Positions 10,309 to 18,599 of a stretch of 64,000 nucleotides of DNA are shown piece after piece (position 1 is the stretch's first letter; each line of letters opens with the position of its first letter). A program made the translations under genes and the position numbers. Origin of the DNA: a virus (taxonomy: Duplodnaviria; Caudoviricetes); IMG/VR virus record IMGVR_UViG_3300034410_000474, positions 1-64,000 of that record. One strand, given 5' to 3'. The notes under the pieces were generated by a model. The model had not been told where the DNA came from. It saw only the letters and a list, made by a program, of their open reading frames with translations, and searched no databases.

Positions 10309-11469
10309 ATGCCCATAATAAAGAATAATCTTTATCATGCACTTACAACTGAAACAATTACAAAACCTGTTTCTGCTGTTAAGCTGCAATTAGATGTTCT
10401 CGATGGCTGTAAACATAAATGCCCTGGATGTTTTGTACATCGAAGAGGTAATTCCAGTGATGAGAATCAATTTAAAGATGCAGTAAAATTTGTAGATGAT
10501 ATCGCATCTCGTGGTATTCTTATCGATGAAATCATTATTGGTCCTACTGACTTTTTATCATCAGAAAACTTCTATGAAGTAATGCCTCATTTAGTCGATA
10601 TGATTAATGAGCATTCTCCTATTTTAGCTTTTATTACAACTCTTATTGATGATGAACTTGAGCCTTGGGTTAAATGGCTTAAAGAAAGTATTAACTTAAA
10701 TACTGAAATAGAGATAGGTATCGCAATTGATCCTCATAAGTTTCAGAATCAAATAAATTACGTCGAAAATATTAAACGTAAACTTAATTATATTAGTGAT
10801 AATGTAGAGCATGATGTTGTTTATACGTTCTTACTTAATATTAAAGACTATGGTTTAGACTATCAAGTATTGCATGCTCAAGCAGTAAAAGAGTTTTCCA
10901 CAACTATAGACTTTATCCCGTCAGTGTCTCGATCAGCGAGGCCTCACATTACTTTAGCAACTATCGATAAATTTAACGAATACTTTAATATATTAGCCGT
11001 TGGAGACAAGATTAATAATATTATGGTAGATCATTCGCACGCTGGTATGAATTATACAGTCCTTAATTACAAGAAAGGTAATTGGTGGTTATCGCCATTT
11101 ATGTATGAGAATATGGCTGTCGAAGATGATGTGTTTAAAATCGAAAAGTTTGAAGATATACAATTAGTTACTGAATCTCAAATAGAAAGAGCAAAGGGTA
11201 CAGAATGCGAATCATGTCCTATGTTCTTCTCATGCTATAACAGGAAAATTATCTTATTAAGAGATTATCTTGGAGTCAAACGTTGTATTGCACCTAAAGA
11301 AAATATGATAAATAACCTGCACAACTTTGATAGTGCAGCACAAGAAATGTATAACTGGTCTGAATATACGCCAGAAGCAGATAAGAACGGATACCGTAAA
11401 AAGTTTACACTTACTGACGATACGAATGGTAAAGAACTCAATCGAATAAAGAGTATTTTTTACACTTAA
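10309..11469 (+). CDS. Radical SAM protein 2 (paralog of rSAM1)
   Basis: CKHKCPGC; IIIGPTDFLSSEN; C-terminal CESCPMFFSCYNR...RC. Confidence 0.8.
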   Translation: MPIIKNNLYHALTTETITKPVSAVKLQLDVLDGCKHKCPGCFVHRRGNSSDENQFKDAVKFVDDIASRGILIDEIIIGPTDFLSSENFYEVMPHLVDMINEHSPILAFITTLIDDELEPWVKWLKESINLNTEIEIGIAIDPHKFQNQINYVENIKRKLNYISDNVEHDVVYTFLLNIKDYGLDYQVLHAQAVKEFSTTIDFIPSVSRSARPHITLATIDKFNEYFNILAVGDKINNIMVDHSHAGMNYTVLNYKKGNWWLSPFMYENMAVEDDVFKIEKFEDIQLVTESQIERAKGTECESCPMFFSCYNRKIILLRDYLGVKRCIAPKENMINNLHNFDSAAQEMYNWSEYTPEADKNGYRKKFTLTDDTNGKELNRIKSIFYT

Positions 11470-11472
11470 CCG

Positions 11473-11501
11473 TTTACATTTTGCAATTTATATGTTATAA
11501 T
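11473..11501 (+). promoter_or_regulatory. Sigma70-type (early) promoter inside the rSAM locus
   Basis: TTTACA-17 nt-TATAAT with extended -10 (TGtTATAAT), upstream of the GGAG SD of 11523. Confidence 0.7.
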
Positions 11502-11522
11502 GGTATCATTATGGAGTAGTAC

Positions 11523-12005
11523 ATGAACTTTAATGAGTTTGAAGAATTTGTATTAAGTGAAAAATGTTTCAATAACCACGACGTTTCTTATATAGACGAC
11601 GATGGATTGCAGCACTATTTGACTTATGATTCTTATTACGAGTACCATCCTAAAATTATGCATCAGCTCTTAATGACTAATAATACAATTAAAGTCGAGC
11701 AGATGGAAAGACATTACGGATATATAAATCAAACGGCACATGTTTTCTTTAACAAGAAAGATGGGCCTACTTTTGGTGTGCATACAGATCCTGTAAAAGT
11801 TATTATAGAATGCTTAGATGGAACTAAGTATATGGAAGTCGAAGGAAGAGAAGTTGAATTAAGACCTGGAGAATACGTTCATATTCCACCGAATACAGAA
11901 CACCGGGCACTAAATTATAAAAAGGCATTGATGGTAAGTTATGGCATTAGCGACACAGAAACACTTGATGGTATACGTGAAAACAACGGAGACATGCAAT
12001 CTTAA
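11523..12005 (+). CDS. Cupin/JmjC-like Fe(II) oxygenase
   Basis: FGVHTD (HxD) plus distal HIPPNTEHRA; double-stranded beta-helix pattern. Confidence 0.65.
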   Translation: MNFNEFEEFVLSEKCFNNHDVSYIDDDGLQHYLTYDSYYEYHPKIMHQLLMTNNTIKVEQMERHYGYINQTAHVFFNKKDGPTFGVHTDPVKVIIECLDGTKYMEVEGREVELRPGEYVHIPPNTEHRALNYKKALMVSYGISDTETLDGIRENNGDMQS

Positions 12006-12981
12006 TTGTTCTCATTGTTTCACGTCTGGCAGTAAAGGTAGAAAGATATATTTTAAACCAAAGGAAACCGCCGAATGGTGCAATGGTTTAGATAGTGACT
12101 CATGCGATAAAGCTATACATTTCGAGTATCACGGCGGTGAACCTATGCTTGCTCCGATGGAAGATATTATGGAATTCTATAATATTACTAAGCAACACTG
12201 GGGCGATCGTTGTACTCACGGAATTACTTCAAATCTAGTATTTAAAATAAAAGACGAGCATCTTAAGTTCTTTAAAGAATGTATTACAGGTGGATATGTT
12301 GCTACATCGTGGGATCCTAATATACGATTTGCAAATGAGAAACAGCGTAAGCTTTGGGAAGACAATGTTAAGATGTTAGTTGCCGAAGGTTTAGATATTA
12401 AATGTTTTATATCAGTATCTAAAGACGTAGTTGCTATGGATCCACTTGAAATTGCTGATTATATGCATTCACTTGGTATTGTTGATATATCTTATGAGCG
12501 TTTAACTCATAACGGTAATGCAACAATCAATATGGATATATTTCCACATAATAGAGAACTCGATGATTTCTGGATGCGTATGCATCAAACAACAAAAGAT
12601 CATCCTGTAAGTAATTCATTCTTAGAAACTGTATACGCTAAATTTGATAAAGAAGCAGATACAAGAGCTGGTACATTCTGTAGAGATTGCGAACAAAAAC
12701 TTCATACAATTAATGCTGATGGTACTATCGCAGGTTGTCCAAATTCTGCCCCTACAGATCACTATGGACATATCAGTCAACCAGTTCCAAAGGTTCGTGG
12801 ATGCTTTAAGCGTATGGAAATTATTGCACAAGAGTTACACGTTCGTGATATGAGATGTTATTCATGTCCTGTATTTGATATATGTCACTCTGATTGCCAT
12901 CAATTAGAATGGATGGATGATGTATGTCCCGCTCCTAAGTCATTAATGTTAGAGTTGGCGAAGGAAAAGCAATGGATCTAA
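11941..12981 (+). CDS. Radical SAM/SPASM protein 3
   Basis: TCNLNCSHC, HGGEP, SPASM-like CRDC...GCP...CYSCPVFDICHSDC. Confidence 0.9.
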   Translation: MALATQKHLMVYVKTTETCNLNCSHCFTSGSKGRKIYFKPKETAEWCNGLDSDSCDKAIHFEYHGGEPMLAPMEDIMEFYNITKQHWGDRCTHGITSNLVFKIKDEHLKFFKECITGGYVATSWDPNIRFANEKQRKLWEDNVKMLVAEGLDIKCFISVSKDVVAMDPLEIADYMHSLGIVDISYERLTHNGNATINMDIFPHNRELDDFWMRMHQTTKDHPVSNSFLETVYAKFDKEADTRAGTFCRDCEQKLHTINADGTIAGCPNSAPTDHYGHISQPVPKVRGCFKRMEIIAQELHVRDMRCYSCPVFDICHSDCHQLEWMDDVCPAPKSLMLELAKEKQWI

Positions 12982-14039
12982 TTATTAAGCCTACCGAGGC
13001 TTGTAACTTTAAATGTAGCTTTTGCTCGTCTACTGCGATCGATCCTGATCATGCAGGATTACTCGACTTAGATTACATCTATAAGTTTTTAAAACGATAT
13101 CCAGATACTGCTACTATTATTGTAAATGGTGGCGATCCATTAATGGTAGATCCAAGCTATTATTGGAAACTTATCGATCATTTAGATGAACATAATTATC
13201 CCGCAACTATTAGTTTTACAACTAACCTATGGCCGTTTCTTATTAAACCAAAGAAGTGGGTAGATCTATTTAATCATGATCGATTAGGTATTTGTACATC
13301 ATTTCAGTATGGTGGCGGTAGATTAAAAGGTGATTTCTCAGAATTTACTGAAGCAGATTTTTGGTTGTGCTCGGATGCAATGCTTAAACACTGTGGTTAT
13401 AGACCAGATTTTATTGCAGTTATTGTCGAAGAAAATATCGATGATGCTATTAAGAACGTAGAACTTGCTAAGGAAATGGGAGTTGTTTGTAAACTTAATT
13501 ATGCAATGGCTTCTGGTATTCAAGGTACAACATTACAGTTAAGTAAGATATACGATCTATATGTAAAGATTTACGATATGGGTCTTGCTGATTGGGAATG
13601 GAATACTCAGCAAATGATGAAACGACTTGGTGGTTCTGCAACTACTTGTCCACAAAATAGAAACTGCGATTCAGGTATACGTGCATTAAATCCTGGTGGT
13701 GACTATTATTCGTGTGGCGCATTTGGAGATGATATGGATTATCCTATTAATTTCCAAGAAGAAGTTATTGATAATGGTCCTTTGCAAACTCCATTGCAAT
13801 TAGATCCAAATATTCAATCAATGAAAACTGCATGTTTTACTTGTCCTATGTTCCAGATCTGTAATGGTTGTAAGAAAACAGTCCGTGATATGAAACGAGA
13901 AGGAACAGTAGAATCTCATTGTAGACAAATGAAAACACTTGCACCAAGAATATTAGAGATTAATGGACTTGATCCTAATAGTGTAACACCTTATGTTGAC
14001 GAAACACCTGATAATATGATCGCAATAGCTAATATATAA
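12972..14039 (+). CDS. Radical SAM/SPASM protein 4
   Basis: ACNFKCSFC, NGGDP, CPQNRNC...YSCG...CFTCPMFQICNGC. Confidence 0.9.
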   Translation: MDLIIKPTEACNFKCSFCSSTAIDPDHAGLLDLDYIYKFLKRYPDTATIIVNGGDPLMVDPSYYWKLIDHLDEHNYPATISFTTNLWPFLIKPKKWVDLFNHDRLGICTSFQYGGGRLKGDFSEFTEADFWLCSDAMLKHCGYRPDFIAVIVEENIDDAIKNVELAKEMGVVCKLNYAMASGIQGTTLQLSKIYDLYVKIYDMGLADWEWNTQQMMKRLGGSATTCPQNRNCDSGIRALNPGGDYYSCGAFGDDMDYPINFQEEVIDNGPLQTPLQLDPNIQSMKTACFTCPMFQICNGCKKTVRDMKREGTVESHCRQMKTLAPRILEINGLDPNSVTPYVDETPDNMIAIANI

Positions 14040-14040
14040 T

Positions 14041-14943
14041 ATGAATATATCAATTAATCCTACTTATTATTGTAACTTTCGATGTGATTTCTGTTACTTA
14101 ACTGAAGCTCAACTTGCTGATAGGAATAAGATTAGTCCTGAAAAGCTTGATGAAGTATTAAGTAAAGTCACAGATCCAATAGAACATATTGATCTATATG
14201 GCGGTGAAATTAGCCTATTGACAAAAGAGTATTTTTATGATATAAAAGATGTGATACGTAAATATTATGATGGTGATATAAACATTAACACTAATTTTAG
14301 TGCATTACCAGATTACTTTTATGATGACGATATTACAATAAGTGTATCGTATGATTTTTCTGCACGAGAAAAAGAACAATTTGTTTTAAACAATATGATG
14401 GCTTCTCGTAAACCATTATCTGTTTTGATATTAGCATCAGAAAAAGTATTGGCAACTGATGTGGAGTTTATGATCTTTACATTAAACATGTGTTCACAGG
14501 TAAAATCAGTAGAAATCAAACCATATTCTACTAATCAAGCTAATGCGCATCCTGTAACACATCGAGATTTTGAAGAACATATTAAGAAATGGATTGACGC
14601 AAAAACTGAGAAAAGGTTTCAGTTTATTAACCAAGATCTAATAGAAGATGCTCTCGACGGTAATTATTCAGCGTTCAGTGATGATCATGTATATATAACA
14701 CCGAAGGGTAAATTTGGCGTATTGGAGTTCGATAAATACGATCGAGAGTATTTCAAAGAATATTCTACGTACGAAGAGTACAAGCAATGGGCAGCACTTG
14801 AGCCTATCAACAACGTATCTGATATCTGTAAAGCATGTCCATATTATGGCGGATGTTTAACAGAACATTATAGATATGTACGAGATTTAGACAACAGCTG
14901 TAACGGATATAGAGGATTATTAGATTGGTATGATGGGAAATAA
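14041..14943 (+). CDS. Radical SAM protein 5 (short C-terminal Cys cluster)
   Basis: YCNFRCDFC, YGGE, CKACPYYGGC...SC. Confidence 0.85.
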   Translation: MNISINPTYYCNFRCDFCYLTEAQLADRNKISPEKLDEVLSKVTDPIEHIDLYGGEISLLTKEYFYDIKDVIRKYYDGDININTNFSALPDYFYDDDITISVSYDFSAREKEQFVLNNMMASRKPLSVLILASEKVLATDVEFMIFTLNMCSQVKSVEIKPYSTNQANAHPVTHRDFEEHIKKWIDAKTEKRFQFINQDLIEDALDGNYSAFSDDHVYITPKGKFGVLEFDKYDREYFKEYSTYEEYKQWAALEPINNVSDICKACPYYGGCLTEHYRYVRDLDNSCNGYRGLLDWYDGK

Positions 14944-15340
14944 TATGAAAAATTGGAAAGCAAGTCAGGCAGCGTATCACACCGCAAACAAAAGCTTTAA
15001 AGATGATTTAACAGACGAGGATATAGTCTATTCAGAAGATATCGTTGAAGATGTGTTAAGGCACTTTGTAGAATATGTTGATGAGTGGATCTATCCTGCA
15101 AAATCATATGTAGTAGGTATATGCTATGCTAAATGGTTAGAACGAGATTTTGGTGAGGATTTTTACGAGGTATTGGACGATCCAGATTTGTTATTTGGTA
15201 ATGACCCATACTTTGTTCCTTATTCAGAAGATGAACAAGTATATGAAGCAATATTAAGAGAACTTGATTTTAATGAAGATTTAGGAATGGTTCCTGATAT
15301 TCACGAGTATTATCGAGAGGAAATGTTTTTTGGTAGCTAA
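14930..15340 (+). CDS. Acidic hypothetical protein between rSAM5 and rSAM6 (start may be 14945)
   Basis: 136-aa D/E-rich ORF overlapping both neighbours. Confidence 0.7.
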   Translation: MMGNNMKNWKASQAAYHTANKSFKDDLTDEDIVYSEDIVEDVLRHFVEYVDEWIYPAKSYVVGICYAKWLERDFGEDFYEVLDDPDLLFGNDPYFVPYSEDEQVYEAILRELDFNEDLGMVPDIHEYYREEMFFGS

Positions 15341-16448
15341 ATTTCCAAACGGTTCGTTAATAATGACAGATCGTCAGCGTAACAGCGGGCTAGTTAATCC
15401 TGCCGATCCTGAAGCCGATGCAGTAACTAAAATTATCCTTGAGGATAAGAGACCGGATATCGGCGAAATAGAGTTGACTCTATTTGAAAATTGTCATTTG
15501 AACTGTTTCTTTTGTCACCACGACAAACAATCAACAGTAGGATTATCAAGAGAAGAAATATTCTCTAAATTAACCCTTGTTGAAGATCATCTTATTAAGA
15601 TGAAAGGCCGAGCTGATGTTGTACAAATCAATATGGTCGGTGGAGAGTTATTTCAAGATAGAATATCTGAGTGGGCATATCCTGTCTATTATGATTTTTT
15701 AATTGAAATTAAAAAGTTATATGATAAGTACGATCATAATATTAAAGTCGTATGGGTAACATCATTTCAGTTTGTAAAACGCGATAGAGTACAAAAACTT
15801 ATCGATGATTTAAACGCTGCTGATATACCGTCATATATAATATGTTCATATGACTTTGATGGTAGACCTGTTAAAGGACCATATGGTAAGAATATAGAAT
15901 ACTTTGCAGATTATATTACATCGATTAATATGGTTGCAACTGTACCTTCTATTGAAAAGTTTATGGAAGACAAGGACGAGTATTTCCATTATCTATATGA
16001 GAAGTTTGATAATTTCTACTTTGATGATTATATTCCTGATAAAGGCTTTGATCATTTAATACCAAGCGATAGTTTATATCTCGAGTTCTTAAAATTCGTA
16101 TATCACAACTATCCTGATATTAATCCTATCAAAGATCTAATATATAAAGATAAGAACCATATGCATTGCTTGTCATTAAATAAGGTTACGATCTTTCCAG
16201 ATAATAGTACATCTAATTGTCGTTGGGATAGATATACTCCTGAAGATTTCAATACGCCATTACATAGAAAAGATAACGCGTCAATGATGCAAGCTTATAT
16301 GAATGAGCATGGATGTTTATCTTGTAAATGGTGGGATAAATGTGGTTTTAGATGTTATACACAATGGGATTGGAAAAATCGTGAACGTGATTTACCTGAT
16401 TGTATTATGCGAATGTGGTTTAATTATATGGAAAAAGATAAATTATGA
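15330..16448 (+). CDS. Radical SAM protein 6 (start may be ATG 15363)
   Basis: NCHLNCFFC, VGGE, CLSCKWWDKCGFRC...DC. Confidence 0.85.
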   Translation: MVAKFPNGSLIMTDRQRNSGLVNPADPEADAVTKIILEDKRPDIGEIELTLFENCHLNCFFCHHDKQSTVGLSREEIFSKLTLVEDHLIKMKGRADVVQINMVGGELFQDRISEWAYPVYYDFLIEIKKLYDKYDHNIKVVWVTSFQFVKRDRVQKLIDDLNAADIPSYIICSYDFDGRPVKGPYGKNIEYFADYITSINMVATVPSIEKFMEDKDEYFHYLYEKFDNFYFDDYIPDKGFDHLIPSDSLYLEFLKFVYHNYPDINPIKDLIYKDKNHMHCLSLNKVTIFPDNSTSNCRWDRYTPEDFNTPLHRKDNASMMQAYMNEHGCLSCKWWDKCGFRCYTQWDWKNRERDLPDCIMRMWFNYMEKDKL

Positions 16449-17143
16449 AGTTAGATTTTTATACATTTGATAAGACGTTACTTGAGTTATTACCAGTTAA
16501 AAGAAAAGTACAAAATCCATCTTGGTGGAGTAAACTTAAAAAGTTTTATTATGAGTTTGATGTTAAATCAGGTATTAAGGTACCGGCTCCTACTGTTAAA
16601 CTCTGTCCTGGCGTTGCAGATTATATAAGAAACTCAATCGATATTAAGTTGTGGTCTGATGTTATTTTTAAAATAAAACCTAATGGACAAGTAACAAGCG
16701 CTAGTCCACTTACAGATGAAGGTAGAATGCATGTGTCATTACATTCTGATGATCAAACAGGACCTGACTTATATAATGGTAGAACTGTTGTAAAACTTGC
16801 AAATCCTTGGGCTGTAAAAGCTTCGGATAGAACAAAGTTTCTTATTACAGAAAACCATTATAATGAAGAATTAAGAGAACATGGAATACTCATATCACCA
16901 GGATTAACTAATTTTTACGATCAACATGCTTTAAATATATTCTTAGTATTTCCTATTAAGGAAGAAGAGTATGAAGTAACACTTAACTATGGTACAACAT
17001 TAATGTCGTTGCATCCTATGACTGATAAACCAGTTGATGTTAAATGTAGTTTTATGAATCAAGAGAATTTCAACGGATTATTAGCAAACTTTCCTAATAA
17101 GTTCTTTGGAAGATATTATGCGAAAAGAAAGGTTACTGAATAA
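16445..17143 (+). CDS. Hypothetical protein
   Basis: 232-aa ORF coupled to its neighbours (ATGA and TAATG overlaps); CPGVADY motif; beta-rich by eye. Confidence 0.7.
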   Translation: MKLDFYTFDKTLLELLPVKRKVQNPSWWSKLKKFYYEFDVKSGIKVPAPTVKLCPGVADYIRNSIDIKLWSDVIFKIKPNGQVTSASPLTDEGRMHVSLHSDDQTGPDLYNGRTVVKLANPWAVKASDRTKFLITENHYNEELREHGILISPGLTNFYDQHALNIFLVFPIKEEEYEVTLNYGTTLMSLHPMTDKPVDVKCSFMNQENFNGLLANFPNKFFGRYYAKRKVTE

Positions 17144-17703
17144 TGGAATACTTGAATTTATGGCCAACAACAATTTTAAAAGGTAAATTTGATACCGACG
17201 GAATGGTTGACTATATACTAACCAACTATGATATAAATAATTTGCATTCCGAAACATCAGGCTATAATATGTTTGATAACGACCACAAGGTTTTAGATCA
17301 GTTTAAAGCCATGTGTTATAATCATTTTGATGATTATCTTACAAAGACTCTCGATAAAAAGATTTCTGACTGGGGTAATTATACTATGAAGGCTTGGCTT
17401 ACAGGCCACGGTAAAGATTACAATATGACTATACATAATCATTCAGGCGCTCATTTATCGGCTGTCTATTATGTATTGGCTGAGCAAGAAAATGCAGGTG
17501 GTGCGATCGTATTTTCAGATCCACGTACGAACGCAAATAGAGGTTTTGATGATAAGTGGGGAGTAATGTTTGAACAATTTAAACATGTACCCAAAACAGG
17601 AGATTTTATGATCTTTCCAAGTTTTACTTACCATCACGTAAATCCTTACCTTTCCTCACTACGGATGTGTATACCGGTAGATCTCTTTCTACACAGAGGA
17701 TAA
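17143..17703 (+). CDS. Putative 2OG-Fe(II) oxygenase (2OG-FeII_Oxy_5-like)
   Basis: HNHSGAHLSAVYYV ... PKTGDFMIFPSFTYHHV...R. Confidence 0.75.
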   Translation: MEYLNLWPTTILKGKFDTDGMVDYILTNYDINNLHSETSGYNMFDNDHKVLDQFKAMCYNHFDDYLTKTLDKKISDWGNYTMKAWLTGHGKDYNMTIHNHSGAHLSAVYYVLAEQENAGGAIVFSDPRTNANRGFDDKWGVMFEQFKHVPKTGDFMIFPSFTYHHVNPYLSSLRMCIPVDLFLHRG

Positions 17704-17707
17704 AACA

Positions 17708-17715
17708 TATAAATA
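17708..17715 (+). promoter_or_regulatory. T4-type late promoter
   Basis: Intergenic TATAAATA. Confidence 0.7.
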
Positions 17716-17791
17716 GAACTAATAAAGATAAAGTTCAAACAAAATAAATAACCTAACTATTATAGTTATATTAACAATTGGAGAATAAAAA

Positions 17792-18208
17792 ATGGCTCTT
17801 ACATTAGAATACTCAATTACTAGTCTTAAAGTAAAAGATGAAGTAAACGCAGATGGCGAAACGCTGCCAAACGCAGTTGTTCAGACATATTGGAAAGTTG
17901 TTGGCACCGATAATGGTGGTAATACTTCTGATTGGGCTGGTGCAACTCCTTTCACAGCTGCTAACGTTCCTGCTGGTTCATTTACTGCTTTCGAAGACTT
18001 AGAAGAAGCAACAGTAGTTGGATGGGTTCAAGCAATCGTTGATGGCGATGCTGGTTACAAACAGCATATCACTGATCAACTACAACGTCAGATTGATGAA
18101 GATCTTGTCGAAGAACGCGCCATGCCTTGGGCTGAGGATGTTACACCACCTCTACCTGATGACGCACCTGGAGCAGAAGATCCCGCTCCTGCAGAAGGCG
18201 GCGAGTAA
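17792..18208 (+). CDS. Small virion/tail-fibre-associated protein (paralog of 18228)
   Basis: GGAG SD, late promoter upstream; Y.W.I..L...V..V.W pattern common near fibre genes. Confidence 0.55.
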   Translation: MALTLEYSITSLKVKDEVNADGETLPNAVVQTYWKVVGTDNGGNTSDWAGATPFTAANVPAGSFTAFEDLEEATVVGWVQAIVDGDAGYKQHITDQLQRQIDEDLVEERAMPWAEDVTPPLPDDAPGAEDPAPAEGGE

Positions 18209-18227
18209 TTAGATAAAGGAATCTATC

Positions 18228-18554
18228 GTGAATTATACTTGGAAAATTTCAAAGCTTGGATTAACTGATCAAATGAGTACAGACGACGTCTTACTCGAAA
18301 ATGCGATCGTTAATGTTAAGTGGAAAAGAATTGCGACAGATACTGATGGATTAAAAGCGAGTTACCTCGGTAGTACTGATTTGAATGCCGCTATTTTGGC
18401 GGCAGACTTTGTTGCATTAAACGATGTAACAGCTGAAAACGTTACTAGTTGGCTCGAGGCTGCAATAACAGCAAATGGAATTGCAAAAATCGATGCTAAA
18501 TTAGCAACAAAAATTGAACGAAAAAGATTGCGTAGTATCTCACCTTCCTGGTAG
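18228..18554 (+). CDS. Small virion/tail-fibre-associated protein (paralog of 17792)
   Basis: GTG start with AAGGA SD; NYTWKI...NAIVNVKWK...F.A..D.T...V..W. Confidence 0.55.
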   Translation: MNYTWKISKLGLTDQMSTDDVLLENAIVNVKWKRIATDTDGLKASYLGSTDLNAAILAADFVALNDVTAENVTSWLEAAITANGIAKIDAKLATKIERKRLRSISPSW

Positions 18555-18555
18555 A

Positions 18556-18563
18556 TATAAATA
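18556..18563 (+). promoter_or_regulatory. T4-type late promoter
   Basis: TATAAATA upstream of 18600. Confidence 0.7.
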
Positions 18564-18599
18564 AACTAAACAATCAATCTTTTATATTATGGAGGTGAC

